Notes: generated by a model from the sequence alone, not told the origin. Shown: positions 28,284 to 37,861, numbered from the stretch's first letter. The stretch is DNA of 64,000 bases from Bacillota bacterium (GCA_012837335.1 DURM01000008.1:2224-66223), one strand, 5' to 3'. Made by a program: numbers and translations.

Positions 28284-29031
28284 CAGACGTTCCTCCCCAC
28301 ATTGTAGTCAAACCTGATGTTAATTCGCGTCTCTGGATTTTAATTAACTCGTCTACGCCTTTTTCTGCCATCTCCAGCATGGCATTTAGCTCCTGACGGC
28401 TGAATGTCTTTCCTTCGGCTGTTCCCTGAACTTCCACCAGCTGTCCGGAACCAGTCATTACAACATTAAAATCTACTTCCGCTTGGGAATCCTCCTGATA
28501 GCATAAGTCCAAAAGAACCTCACCATCGACAACTCCGACGCTGACTGCCGCCAGGTAATCGCTGACCGGGATGGTTTCCCATTTTTCCTGCTCCTTAAGC
28601 TTGCTCAAAGCATCCACTAAAGCAATGTACGAACCTGTAATGGCGCTGGTACGGGTACCTCCGTCAGCCTGAATTACATCACAGTCAATCCAGATTGTCC
28701 GCTCTCCGATTGCTTTTAAATCCACCACTGCTCGCAGTGCTCTTCCGATTAGGCGCTGGATCTCATGGGTGCGGCCGCCCTGCTTTCCTCGCGATGCCTC
28801 GCGAATGTTGCGCACCTCGGTTGCCCTGGGGAGCATACCATACTCCGCAGTAATCCAACCTTCACCCATTCCCCGCAGAAAAGGAGGAACTTTATCTTCC
28901 ACAGAAGCAGTACAAAGTACTTTGGTGTCTCCCACAGTGATCAGTACCGAGCCCTCTGCATACTTGTTTACATTCCGTTCAATTTTTACCGGCCGCAGTT
29001 GATCCGCTTTACGACCATCCACTCTATCCAC
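28276..29031 (-). CDS. rph: Ribonuclease PH
   Basis: [11 protein letters not shown]...EGSVLI...[13 protein letters not shown]...IQADGGTRT matches RNase PH end to end. GGAGG lies 8 nt upstream of GTG at 29031; the tracked ORF starts at 29061. Confidence 0.93.
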   Translation of the reverse strand: MDRVDGRKADQLRPVKIERNVNKYAEGSVLITVGDTKVLCTASVEDKVPPFLRGMGEGWITAEYGMLPRATEVRNIREASRGKQGGRTHEIQRLIGRALRAVVDLKAIGERTIWIDCDVIQADGGTRTSAITGSYIALVDALSKLKEQEKWETIPVSDYLAAVSVGVVDGEVLLDLCYQEDSQAEVDFNVVMTGSGQLVEVQGTAEGKTFSRQELNAMLEMAEKGVDELIKIQRRELTSGLTTMWGGTSGD

Positions 29032-30430
29032 TAACCATACCTCCATTTTTAGTACTTTCATCCATCTTGGCAGCTAAGTCCTGCACAATCCTGCGAAAAT
29101 GATCGCCGCGGGCTTCGAAATTAGGATACATATCAAAGCTGGCGCATGCCGGTGATAAAAGCACAGTATCCCCGGATCCAGCCAACTGAGAAGCGATATC
29201 AACTGCGTGATTAAGGTCATGAGCGCGGTAAATCTGCCCATATTCAGGCTCTACGGCTAAGATTTCCCGCTGAATCTGGTCAGCAGTCTGGCCCATTAGA
29301 ATCACTGCTTTGACACTTTCAACTACCGCTTCAGCCAAGCCCCGATAACTAAGTTTTTTATCGTATCCACCTGCAATTAAAATCACTGGATTTGTGAAAG
29401 CCTCGATTCCCGCAATTGTTCGAGCAGGGCTTGTAGCTATTGAGTCGTTAACATAACTTACCTCATTTATGACTGCAACTGGTTCAAGTCGATGTTTAAC
29501 TCCCTTAAAGTTCCGAGCGACTGTACGGATTGCGTCCCAATCTGCACCGGCTAGGTGAGCAGCAAGAGCAGCAGCCATAATATTTTGGACATTATGCTCT
29601 CCGATTAAACCAATGTCCTGCTTCGATATTAATGGCACAATTCCTGCCTGATCTTGGAAAACCAGCATGTCTGCCTCATCAACATAGATGCCGGGATTGA
29701 CTTTAGTTCTTAAGCTGAAATAGTAGACCGATCCAACCGCCTCCTCAGCCATGGCTGCAACAATCGGATCATCGAAGTTAAGCACCACCACATCTTGAGG
29801 GGTTTGGTGCAGGTAGATCTGCTTTTTTGCGTGGATATACTTGTCCATGGTCAGATGCACGTCGAGATGGTTCTCGCTGATATTGGTAATTAGAGCTAAA
29901 TGGGGGCTCTGCTCAAGCAGCTCCAGCTGAAAGCTGGACAGCTCCATAACTATCGGCTCATCTGCAGGAATCTCCTCAATTCGCTCTATTAATGGGGTGC
30001 CAATATTGCCGCCGACATGGCACTCGATATTGGCGGCTTTGAGCATTTCCCCAACTAAAGTGGTGGTAGTGGTTTTGCCGCTGCTGCCGGTTATACCAAA
30101 AACCGGAGCTTTGGCCTGCTTAAGCACCAGCGCAACTTCACTGAGAAGTGGAACTCTGCCGATCAGCGCTTGGATTTCCGGCAGATGTTTCGGTATCCCC
30201 GGTGTGAGAAACACCGCGTCATAATGGTCGAGATCAACGAGGTAATCTGCTCCTAAGCGCAGATCCACACCAAGTTCCCGCAAAAGCTCATACCGTTCCC
30301 CAAGCTCTGCGGCGGTTTTGCGGTCCCGGCCTGAGATCGCCGCTCCATGCGCTTGCAGATACCTAATTAAGGGCACATTACTGATGCCCAATCCAACCAC
30401 CGCTACCTGTTTTCCCTGCCATTGTTTCAT
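29024..30430 (-). CDS. murD: UDP-N-acetylmuramoyl-L-alanine--D-glutamate ligase
   Basis: N-terminal Rossmann motif VVGLGISN and P-loop [11 protein letters not shown], with MurD-typical length. GAGGAGAG lies 8 nt before ATG at 30430, giving an ATGA overlap with the murI stop. Confidence 0.9.
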   Translation of the reverse strand: MKQWQGKQVAVVGLGISNVPLIRYLQAHGAAISGRDRKTAAELGERYELLRELGVDLRLGADYLVDLDHYDAVFLTPGIPKHLPEIQALIGRVPLLSEVALVLKQAKAPVFGITGSSGKTTTTTLVGEMLKAANIECHVGGNIGTPLIERIEEIPADEPIVMELSSFQLELLEQSPHLALITNISENHLDVHLTMDKYIHAKKQIYLHQTPQDVVVLNFDDPIVAAMAEEAVGSVYYFSLRTKVNPGIYVDEADMLVFQDQAGIVPLISKQDIGLIGEHNVQNIMAAALAAHLAGADWDAIRTVARNFKGVKHRLEPVAVINEVSYVNDSIATSPARTIAGIEAFTNPVILIAGGYDKKLSYRGLAEAVVESVKAVILMGQTADQIQREILAVEPEYGQIYRAHDLNHAVDIASQLAGSGDTVLLSPACASFDMYPNFEARGDHFRRIVQDLAAKMDESTKNGGMVSG

Positions 30431-31299
30431 TGATCTTTCTCTCCTCGCCACACCGGAGACAGCTCGCCCAGAAAAGCTTCCATCGCGCTCGGCAGGGCTT
30501 CTGCCGGCTTATGAAAGCGCACTGACTTGATCTCCTGTCCAATAAAAAAGCTGGCCTTTTTGCGAAATTCTTCCGGATCTCCACTGGTCCAAAAGACCTC
30601 GGCAGATGGCTGCGGGTTCTCAGCATAGCCGTGATCCTGCAGCCAATCCCGCACATCTTCAGCCAGCTGCCATGCGGGATCAACAATGTTTATTCTCGGT
30701 CCGATGATCTCTCGGATTGGTTTCAGCAAAAACGGATAGTGGGTGCACCCCAAAATCAAAGTATCGATCCCCTGTTTTACCAGTGGATCTAAATATTGAT
30801 GAAGAGCTGTATACACTTCCAGACCATCGACTTTTCCTGCTTCAATTAAAGGCACCAGCTTGGGGCAGCTCTGGGCAAAGACCTGAATGTCCGGTGCAAG
30901 TTTGCGGAACTCTTTCTGATAGCTGCCGCTGTTTACCGTTCCCACAGTGGCAATTAAGCCGATGCGGTTGTTTTTGGTGGCAGCGGCAGCTTTTTTCACC
31001 GCCGGTTCAATCACGCCAAACATGGGAATACTGGCGCTTAACTGCAGGGTAGGTAAAGCAAGGGCGGATGACGTGTTGCAGGCAGCAACAATGACCCGCG
31101 CCCGCTGTTGTTTTAAGAAACTCACGATGCCGTGGGAATAAAACAAGATCTGTTCCTTAGTCTTGTCTCCATAAGGAATATGGGCAGTATCAGCGTAATA
31201 AATCAGATCCTGCTTCACCAGTTGTTTAAAAGCCAGCCAGACTGTTAAGCCTCCCACACCGGAATCATAAATTCCGATTGGTGCTTTTGCCATTTCCAT
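30427..31299 (-). CDS. murI: Glutamate racemase
   Basis: IGIYDSGVGGLTV plus both catalytic-Cys motifs, AACNTSS and GCTHYPFL. A C-terminal tail of about 25 aa extends beyond the usual end. Confidence 0.92.
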   Translation of the reverse strand: MEMAKAPIGIYDSGVGGLTVWLAFKQLVKQDLIYYADTAHIPYGDKTKEQILFYSHGIVSFLKQQRARVIVAACNTSSALALPTLQLSASIPMFGVIEPAVKKAAAATKNNRIGLIATVGTVNSGSYQKEFRKLAPDIQVFAQSCPKLVPLIEAGKVDGLEVYTALHQYLDPLVKQGIDTLILGCTHYPFLLKPIREIIGPRINIVDPAWQLAEDVRDWLQDHGYAENPQPSAEVFWTSGDPEEFRKKASFFIGQEIKSVRFHKPAEALPSAMEAFLGELSPVWRGEKDQ

Positions 31300-31322
31300 A
31301 ATTTATCCTCCACTTATATCTA

Positions 31323-31829
31323 TTATCGTGCTCCGATTAATGATTCATCTCTGCTGAGAGGTTGTGACAAATCAACGTGACCGGCGATAGTTGCAATACT
31401 TCGCCCCTCAACCAGAATGCGAACATACTCAATTTGGGCATCTTCGGTCAAGGTATTAACCAACCCATAAACAGTGATCAGCTCTGCCGAACTGCCTCCC
31501 GGATGATTTTCGACCAGCGCTGCGTTGAAATTGACCAGAATCAAATTACCTTCAACTTGGTAATTAATCACTTGGGTTCCCTCTGGCAGGATCGGTCTCA
31601 AACTTTTATTCTGGGGTCCGTTAACCAAAGCCTGCAGTCGGTCTCCGAGCGTGGGGCTGCCAGTTCGCATTTCCGGCTGCAGATAGACATCCTCACCGGA
31701 TGCAAAATAGACCACCCAGAAAGGCTCTGAGCTGGCCGGGCTCTCTGTTTGAAAGAAAGCTGTTCGAATCAAAAACCCGACACTTACAATCAGCAGTATG
31801 ACAGCAATCCACTGTTTAAGTTTGGTCAT
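31323..31829 (-). CDS. GerM-like (sporulation/germination Germane domain) protein
   Basis: 168 aa with an N-terminal anchor. The segment LQALVNGP...LPEGTQVINYQVEGNLILVNFN...TVYGLVNTLTE fits the GerMN/Germane domain pattern. It neighbours murI, as gerM neighbours racE in Bacillus. Confidence 0.65.
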   Translation of the reverse strand: MTKLKQWIAVILLIVSVGFLIRTAFFQTESPASSEPFWVVYFASGEDVYLQPEMRTGSPTLGDRLQALVNGPQNKSLRPILPEGTQVINYQVEGNLILVNFNAALVENHPGGSSAELITVYGLVNTLTEDAQIEYVRILVEGRSIATIAGHVDLSQPLSRDESLIGAR

Positions 31830-31851
31830 TAGTAAACACCTACCTCAGCCG

Positions 31852-33636
31852 TCAGCGGTAATTTTGGAAAAACAGCAGTACACCGTTAAGCAGACCTTCA
31901 GCTATCTTTTTCTGGTAGTCAGGATCAATCAGCAGTTTTTCTTCTTCCGGGTGACTTACAAAACCGACTTCGACTAAAACGGCAGGCATTTCAGCATTGT
32001 TTAAAACATGCAGGTCTGTCCGGGGGCGCACACCTCGATTCTTGGCATCCAAATGGTTCACCAGTTCACTCTGGACAACTTGTGCCAGGCGGAAGTTTTC
32101 AAGATAGAGAGGATTGTACAAGGTTTCAACCCCTCTGGCTGCGGTGCCCTCATAAGAATTGGCGTGGACAGAAATGAAGATTTCCGCGTTTACCATATTC
32201 GCTATTGCTACCCGATCAAAATAGGATACGTAGCGGTCATCATTTCTGGTATACACCACAATGGCACCCTGCTCTTCCAGCAGGCGTCCCAGCTCAAGGC
32301 TGATGGGCAGTACCACATCTTTCTCAAATACTCCCAATACATTCCCAATTGTGCCGGGGTCGGAGCCTCCGTGACCGGGATCAACAACTAAAATGCGGTG
32401 AGCAAGGGGCAGGCTGTCGTCAATTTTCCGATCTTCTGGAATCAACAGCTCCGGTTCTACCGGTTTCGGAGCTTCCCGCTCCAGCTTCGCCTGATACTCC
32501 TGCTCGGTTCCTTCGAATAATATGATTTCATAGCGGCCATTAATCTCTTCGACTTCAATCGGAATCATCGGTCCGTCTAAATCCAAAACCATACGGGTAA
32601 TCGATGGAGTGTTCTGGCTGATGCGCACCGACCGCAGCGGCGGATCGCCTACCTGCAGCTCTCTGGCTCCGTCCAGCAGTGTTGTGGATTGAAAATCCAG
32701 TACCAGCCGCATCGGCGAAGGCAGCATCTGAACGCTGAACATGGGCTGCTCATTGGCTTCAAACCAGATCCGAGGATTCTGCTCTTCATCTCTATAATAG
32801 CCAATATCCCTAATTTGATAATTAAATTCGATCTCTAATCCACCATCAGGCCAGCGATTAATCTCATAATCGGTAGCCCGGTTCAAATCAAACACAATTC
32901 GGATCGTGCGGTGATCAAACTGATCAGAGCGGATCCGGCGCACCAGTGTGTCATTAATCACCTGTTCCGGGAACGGACCATCCCAGCGAACACCGGTCAA
33001 ATCAATTACCATCCGATCCGGATTAGTCAGCAAAAAGCTTTCATACGCGGCAAATCCATCCAAATCAATAAAAACCCGCGATCTGGGTCCTCCCATAAAC
33101 ACAATCTTTTTCAACACCGGCGTACCAATAGTTGTGCTCTGCTCCGGATTAAGAAATTCGGGCAGATTCAAATCAGCCGGCTCTCCTTCTGCTCGAGCCC
33201 TAACCCAATCCGCCAGTTCATCTGATAAGTTTATGTAAAGAACTGCCTGCTTAGCATCAAAAGACAGCTGCAGACCTAATAAATCCACAACAAAACGAAG
33301 AGGAATCATAAACTCCCCATCGACAGCTTGGGGAGCAACATCCATAATCTGCTCTTCCCCATTCACCTTTGCTGTCGGCGAACCGATCTCCATTATAATA
33401 GTGTGGGTTGGGAATGAGATGGAAAGCTTACCTGCTTCCAAATCACTTTCCACGTCAGCAGCCATGTAGTCTCTCAGTACTGAAGCCGGAATTAGGATAT
33501 TGCCATTCACTACCTGAGATGCTGCCAGTTCTACCTTCTGCCCACCAATATAGAAGCTGAAAGCAGCATCTGCGGCAGAATTTGCTGAAAAAAACATAAT
33601 AAGGGCGATAAATATTATTAGTCCGTATTTCTGCAT
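31852..33636 (-). CDS. N-acetylmuramoyl-L-alanine amidase (Amidase_3) with a copper-amine-oxidase-like N-terminal domain and tandem AMIN-like domains
   Basis: The C-terminus carries ILVVDPGHGGSDPG...SVHANS...VLVEVGFVSHPEE. The middle has repeated xRxVxDL motifs (RVFIDLDG, RMVIDLTG, RIVFDL, RLVLDFQ, RMVLDLDG). AGGAGG lies before ATG at 33636; the tracked ORF starts at 33699. Confidence 0.85.
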   Translation of the reverse strand: MQKYGLIIFIALIMFFSANSAADAAFSFYIGGQKVELAASQVVNGNILIPASVLRDYMAADVESDLEAGKLSISFPTHTIIMEIGSPTAKVNGEEQIMDVAPQAVDGEFMIPLRFVVDLLGLQLSFDAKQAVLYINLSDELADWVRARAEGEPADLNLPEFLNPEQSTTIGTPVLKKIVFMGGPRSRVFIDLDGFAAYESFLLTNPDRMVIDLTGVRWDGPFPEQVINDTLVRRIRSDQFDHRTIRIVFDLNRATDYEINRWPDGGLEIEFNYQIRDIGYYRDEEQNPRIWFEANEQPMFSVQMLPSPMRLVLDFQSTTLLDGARELQVGDPPLRSVRISQNTPSITRMVLDLDGPMIPIEVEEINGRYEIILFEGTEQEYQAKLEREAPKPVEPELLIPEDRKIDDSLPLAHRILVVDPGHGGSDPGTIGNVLGVFEKDVVLPISLELGRLLEEQGAIVVYTRNDDRYVSYFDRVAIANMVNAEIFISVHANSYEGTAARGVETLYNPLYLENFRLAQVVQSELVNHLDAKNRGVRPRTDLHVLNNAEMPAVLVEVGFVSHPEEEKLLIDPDYQKKIAEGLLNGVLLFFQNYR

Positions 33637-33771
33637 GTTGATCCTCCTAAAAGCACGGTCAAACGATGTTTCGCTCTTGCTGATGGAAATTCCTGCCACA
33701 AAAATAATGCCCTATTACTATATGTTTTCTGCTCTCTCCGTGTCAAAGCAGTTGCAGAAAATGCTTCCACC

Positions 33772-33800
33772 TTGCAGGATAAGTCCTGGTTTGCTATACT
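33772..33800 (+). promoter_or_regulatory. Sigma-A promoter for smpB(-ssrA)
   Basis: TTGCAG (33772..33777), a 17-nt spacer, then TATACT (33795..33800). It lies 30 nt upstream of the smpB GTG. Confidence 0.6.
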
Positions 33801-33829
33801 ATAAATACCAATAGTAAGGGGGAAGCTGC

Positions 33830-34294
33830 GTGGCTGACGACATCAAAGTTATTGTTGAAAATCGCAAGGCGCGCCATGATTACCATATTATTGAAACCAT
33901 CGAAGCAGGAATAGTTCTGACAGGAACCGAAGTCAAGTCATTAAGACTGGGCCGGGTTAATGTGCGGGACAGCTTTGCCAGGGTTAAAGATGGCGAAGTA
34001 TTTCTCCATGGAATGCACATCAGCCCTTATGAGCAGGGCAACCGCTTTAACCACGACCCGCTGCGCATCCGCAAGCTGCTGCTGCATCGGCGGGAGATCA
34101 ATCGCCTTGTGGGCAAGATCCAAGAGCGAGGCTACACCATGGTTCCCCTAAAATTGTACTGGAAAAATGGCAGGTGCAAAGTCGAGCTGGCACTGGTAAA
34201 AGGCAAGCGTCTTCATGACAAAAGGGAAACACTCGCCCGAAAAGACGCGGAGCGCCGCATAGAACGGGTTCTTAAGAGTACTAATTACCATTGA
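33830..34294 (+). CDS. smpB: SsrA-binding protein SmpB
   Basis: 154 aa. [11 protein letters not shown]...[15 protein letters not shown]...[12 protein letters not shown]...[10 protein letters not shown] is typical of SmpB. GTG start with AAGGGGGA Shine-Dalgarno. Confidence 0.95.
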   Translation: MADDIKVIVENRKARHDYHIIETIEAGIVLTGTEVKSLRLGRVNVRDSFARVKDGEVFLHGMHISPYEQGNRFNHDPLRIRKLLLHRREINRLVGKIQERGYTMVPLKLYWKNGRCKVELALVKGKRLHDKRETLARKDAERRIERVLKSTNYH

Positions 34295-34296
34295 TC

Positions 34297-34324
34297 TTTA
34301 CTAACGTTTATGTTAAAGTATAGA
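34297..34324 (+). promoter_or_regulatory. Possible dedicated ssrA promoter
   Basis: TTTACT, a 16-nt spacer, then TATAGA. The -10 ends 9 nt before the mature tmRNA 5' end. Confidence 0.4.
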
Positions 34325-34333
34325 TACACCTCT

Positions 34334-34688
34334 GGGGGTGAATTAGGTTCGACATAGGTAGGAATGGCATCAGAAGCGAGCCGAGGTCCCCAACCACCTC
34401 GTTAAACCTTGGGACTTAACAATAAGTGCAAACGATAATTATTCCTTAGCTGCTGCATAGCAGGCTAACGCCTCGTTATTCTTTGCCTGTGAGAATAGTG
34501 CAGGTGTCAACCCAGCAGGCTACCTAATCGGCATCACCCGGGGTTGATTAGGGAAATTAACGGGTTAGTCGTTTACTCATCTGGCTGCAGAGAGGGGTAA
34601 ATGATGAAAATTAAAACTGCAGCTGCGCTCGGAGAAGCTGGTGTGGTTTCACCTATGGACAGCGGTGCAACTCCGCTCACCTCCACCA
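34334..34688 (+). ncRNA. ssrA: tmRNA (SsrA), tag peptide ANDNYSLAAA
   Basis: The 5' GGGGGUG pairs with the 3' CACCUCC-A-CCA, including the G3-U70 alanine identity pair. The resume codon GCA is followed by AAC GAT AAT TAT TCC TTA GCT GCT GCA TAG. A tRNA-like T arm lies at the 3' end. Confidence 0.92.
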
Positions 34689-34693
34689 TAAAC

Positions 34694-34734
34694 AAAAAAA
34701 CAACCTAGCAGTTTTACCTGCTAGGTTTATTTTA
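34694..34734. terminator. Bidirectional rho-independent terminator shared by ssrA (+) and secG (-)
   Basis: ACCTAGCAG-ttttac-CTGCTAGGT forms a 9-bp perfect stem. It is flanked by an A7 run upstream and TTATTTTATT downstream. Confidence 0.8.
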
Positions 34735-34741
34735 TTGCATT

Positions 34742-34960
34742 TTACAGAAGGCTCAGTACTACTGCAATCACCATGAAGGCACATGCTAAGTACTTAGTGG
34801 CCCTTTCTAAAATAATCTCTGATTGCGAAGCTTTGTTAAAGAACATCTTGCCGCCGCCACCAATCGATCCCAGACCTTCACCTTTACTCTCCTGGAGTAC
34901 CACAGCGACAGTTAGTCCTATGCAGACTAGAAATTGAATCACCATTAAAAAGGTTTGCAT
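34742..34960 (-). CDS. secG: Preprotein translocase subunit SecG
   Basis: Two TM helices flank LQESKGEGLGSIGGGG, the SecG signature. GGGGGGTG lies upstream of ATG at 34960; the tracked ORF starts at 34984. Confidence 0.85.
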   Translation of the reverse strand: MQTFLMVIQFLVCIGLTVAVVLQESKGEGLGSIGGGGKMFFNKASQSEIILERATKYLACAFMVIAVVLSLL

Positions 34961-35000
34961 CTCGAGCAGACACCCCCCTGCCATAACAGTTACCTCTTAC

Positions 35001-35029
35001 AGTTTACCACAGAAACAGCCTGTCTGCAA
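35001..35029 (-). promoter_or_regulatory. Sigma-A promoter for secG
   Basis: Minus strand reads TTGCAG (35029..35024), a 17-nt spacer, then TGgTAAACT, an extended -10 (35006..35001). Confidence 0.6.
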
Positions 35030-35044
35030 CCAATAAATGTCGGA

Positions 35045-35311
35045 TTATTCATCCCAGCGGGACTGCTGGGGATGGGGACAGGAACCGGTTCGGTACTTAG
35101 CTTTAACCTGCACAATACAGCCGCATAACATACATGTGGTTCCGTACTCAAGGTATGAGCAGTCCAGACACTTGCCTAAACGTCTGTTGTAGACTTCGTC
35201 CTCAACAGCTTGGCCGGAGCGCTCCACCTGGGCAACCATCTGCGCGATTGAATCAGGAGAGACCTCAACCGACTCACTGCAGCCTTTGCACAAATCCCGC
35301 TTCTCGTCCAT
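35045..35311 (-). CDS. Small Cys-rich protein (8 Cys in CxxC-type pairs), DUF6171-like
   Basis: 88 aa. The pattern is CKGC ...(34 aa)... CLDC ... CMLCGC ... SCPHP ... RW. I recall this as the pattern of the family labelled DUF6171, but that is unverified. The start lies 3 nt after the GH51 stop. Confidence 0.55.
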   Translation of the reverse strand: MDEKRDLCKGCSESVEVSPDSIAQMVAQVERSGQAVEDEVYNRRLGKCLDCSYLEYGTTCMLCGCIVQVKAKYRTGSCPHPQQSRWDE

Positions 35312-35313
35312 TG

Positions 35314-36789
35314 CTATTCCACCTTGAGGACTGCGACCGACATTGGCGGCAGTTTCACGCTCAGTTTGTTTTGATTCAGAACTGCCTCATCGAAAGCAGA
35401 TGGCGCAACTTTATCAGGCTCATCGAAGGTGTTGTGGTCATTCATGACATCTGCTGTCAGGATTGTTCCACTGACAAACACTGCATCCATCCCCCGCAGG
35501 TCGCAGTCAATCTCAGCAGCATTTTGCGGATCCAAATTGCAGAGGGAAATATGCAGTTGACCTTCGGCATTGCGGGACGCGGAAACAGTCACCTGTGGAA
35601 TCGATTCATTTTCAAACTGATACAGGTCGCTTTCACAGTAAACGTCCACAGCGTCCGCATCCTGGTGAACTTTATACATATCGAATACATGGTAGGTCGG
35701 GGTCTTAACTAGTTTATCGCCTTCGGTCAGCAGCACTGCCTGGAGTACGTTAACAGTCTGGGCAATGTTGGTCATCTGCACACGCTGGCAGTGTTTGTGG
35801 AAGATGTTAAAGTTAATTCCCGCTACCAGAGCATCTCTGATGGTATTCTGCTGATACAGGAAGCCTGGGTTGGTGCCCGGCTCTACATTATACCAAGTTC
35901 CCCATTCATCGATAATCAGCCCGACCCGCTTATGGGGATCATAGAAATCCATAATTGCACCGTGGCGGGTAATCAGGTCATCCATAACCATCGTTTTTTT
36001 CAGAGTCACAAACCACTCTTTGTGGTCAAAATCTGTTGCCGAACCTTTATCGCCCCATGTGCCAGGTACAGTATAATAGTGGAGACTTAAGCCATTCATC
36101 ATCCGTCCCGCTTCCCGCATCATAACTTCGGTCCAGCGGAAGTCATGGCCGTTGGCACCACAGGCGATTTTGTAGATATTATTGCCTCGATAGTTGCGGA
36201 CATAAGTCGCATAGCGCCGGTACAAGTCCGCATAGTACTCGGGGCGCATATTGCCGCCGCAGCCCCAGTTTTCATTACCAACCCCGAAATAAGGCAGTTT
36301 CCAAGGCTCGTCCCGGCCGTTTTCCCGCCGCAAGTTGGCCATCGGCGATTCGCCATCAAAGGTCATGTACTCCACCCACTGCTCCATTTCATGGACACTG
36401 CCGCTGCCTACATTACCGCAGATATATGGCTCGGCACCGATTAATTCACACAGCAGCATAAATTCATGGGTTCCAAAGTGGTTGTTTTCAACCACACCGC
36501 CCCAGTGGGTGTTGATCATCTCAGGGCGCTGATCTCTTGGACCGATGCCGTCTTTCCAGTGGTATTCATCGGCAAAACAGCCGCCAGGCCAGCGTAAAAC
36601 CGGTATCTGCAGCTGTCTTAATGCTTCAATCACATCATTGCGGATACCTTTGGTATTGGGGATGGGTGAATCCTCTCCCACCCAAATGCCTTCGTAAATA
36701 CAGCGACCCAGGTGTTCCGAAAAATGACCGTAGATGTTCCGATTGATTTTACCCCGCTTTATATCAGCATTAATAATAATTTTCGTCAT
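35314..36789 (-). CDS. abfA: Alpha-L-arabinofuranosidase, GH51, cytoplasmic
   Basis: 491 aa with no signal peptide. [23 protein letters not shown]...[20 protein letters not shown]...[11 protein letters not shown] matches the GH51 AbfA pattern. Confidence 0.9.
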   Translation of the reverse strand: MTKIIINADIKRGKINRNIYGHFSEHLGRCIYEGIWVGEDSPIPNTKGIRNDVIEALRQLQIPVLRWPGGCFADEYHWKDGIGPRDQRPEMINTHWGGVVENNHFGTHEFMLLCELIGAEPYICGNVGSGSVHEMEQWVEYMTFDGESPMANLRRENGRDEPWKLPYFGVGNENWGCGGNMRPEYYADLYRRYATYVRNYRGNNIYKIACGANGHDFRWTEVMMREAGRMMNGLSLHYYTVPGTWGDKGSATDFDHKEWFVTLKKTMVMDDLITRHGAIMDFYDPHKRVGLIIDEWGTWYNVEPGTNPGFLYQQNTIRDALVAGINFNIFHKHCQRVQMTNIAQTVNVLQAVLLTEGDKLVKTPTYHVFDMYKVHQDADAVDVYCESDLYQFENESIPQVTVSASRNAEGQLHISLCNLDPQNAAEIDCDLRGMDAVFVSGTILTADVMNDHNTFDEPDKVAPSAFDEAVLNQNKLSVKLPPMSVAVLKVE

Positions 36790-36873
36790 CGCTAAACCTC
36801 CTTGTTTTTTTGCTGGAACAAGTTCCCTTCCTTCTATTAGACTAGTTGGCTTAAAATCCTGCTTAAACCAGAC

Positions 36874-37848
36874 TTATTCTACCAAACCAGTCCTTTCAAT
36901 ACTTTCCGTAAACCAGCGCTGGGCAATGAAATAAAGGATCAGAATTGGGAAAATCACTAAAAACGCTCCGGCCATCCGCACCGGCTCAGTCATTGTGCTC
37001 AAGCCATAAGGGTTCACATCGTAAATCTCATCAAGAGTCTGCTGCAAGCCCTGGAGTCTGCGCACCAGCGACCACATATTTTGATTCGAGACAAACATCG
37101 AAGGCAGGTAGTAATCGTTCCAGTGCCAGACAAAGGAAAACAAGCTGACTACCAGCACAGCCGGTCTTGCCAGCGGCAGCATAATTCTGGTAAAGATCGT
37201 TACTGAATTAGCCCCGTCTAAGCGAGCTGCTTCCTCTAACGACTGGGGCTGGCCCATGAAAAACTGCCGGTAGATTATGATAAATAAGCTCCCCTTCAAT
37301 CCCAATCCCAGCATTTCCGGCACAATCAGCGGATAATAAGTATTCAACCAGCCAAAATTCCGGTAAAGCAGGTATAACGGGATCACGATTGTCTGAGGCG
37401 GCACGATAAAGGTAAGGAACACCAGCAAAAACAGGATGTTTTTACCCGGAAAGTTGTAGCGGGCAAATCCGTATCCGGCAACTGCGCAGGATATAGTCTG
37501 GGCAACAGTGGCAATTGCTGCTATAAACACAGTCTGCCCCAGTCCCTGCCAGTACTCGAGTCCTTCAAATGCTTTTGCCAGGTTATCCCAATTCAGGGCT
37601 GTGGGAATCCAGCGAATGGTAGGATCTACCAGATCAAGCGTGCTCATCATCATTGTGGACAGCATGTAAAGAATTGGGTAAACATAAATAAACGCTACAT
37701 CAACAAGGAGGATGAACACAATAATCTTGTTGATCACACCGGTCTTCATGCCCCGGCCGAACAGGATTCCTCTCAGACTCAGCCACCGCGGCCTCAGCCC
37801 CTCCCGCAGCGCATCAGTTCTTTGTGCAAATGTAGGTCTGATACTCAC
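36874..37848 (-). CDS. Carbohydrate ABC transporter permease (MalG-like, CUT1)
   Basis: 6 TM helices and the EAA loop EEAARLDGANSVTIFTRIMLPLARP. GGGAGGGGAG lies before GTG at 37848. The tracked ORF start at 37902 would overlap the upstream gene by 41 nt. Confidence 0.85.
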   Translation of the reverse strand: MSIRPTFAQRTDALREGLRPRWLSLRGILFGRGMKTGVINKIIVFILLVDVAFIYVYPILYMLSTMMMSTLDLVDPTIRWIPTALNWDNLAKAFEGLEYWQGLGQTVFIAAIATVAQTISCAVAGYGFARYNFPGKNILFLLVFLTFIVPPQTIVIPLYLLYRNFGWLNTYYPLIVPEMLGLGLKGSLFIIIYRQFFMGQPQSLEEAARLDGANSVTIFTRIMLPLARPAVLVVSLFSFVWHWNDYYLPSMFVSNQNMWSLVRRLQGLQQTLDEIYDVNPYGLSTMTEPVRMAGAFLVIFPILILYFIAQRWFTESIERTGLVE

Positions 37849-37861
37849 CGCGCTCCCCTCC

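Noticed and set aside
34301-34312. CTAACGTTTATG, a partial match to the AAACGTTT operator core, upstream of ssrA
   Set aside because: Only one half-site is present, there is no palindromic partner, and it overlaps the putative ssrA promoter spacer. I treated it as chance.
35134-35712. 192-aa plus-strand ORF spanning the DUF6171-like/GH51 junction
   Set aside because: It is antisense to two well-supported minus-strand genes. The translation is Arg/Ser/Cys-rich noise with no motif.
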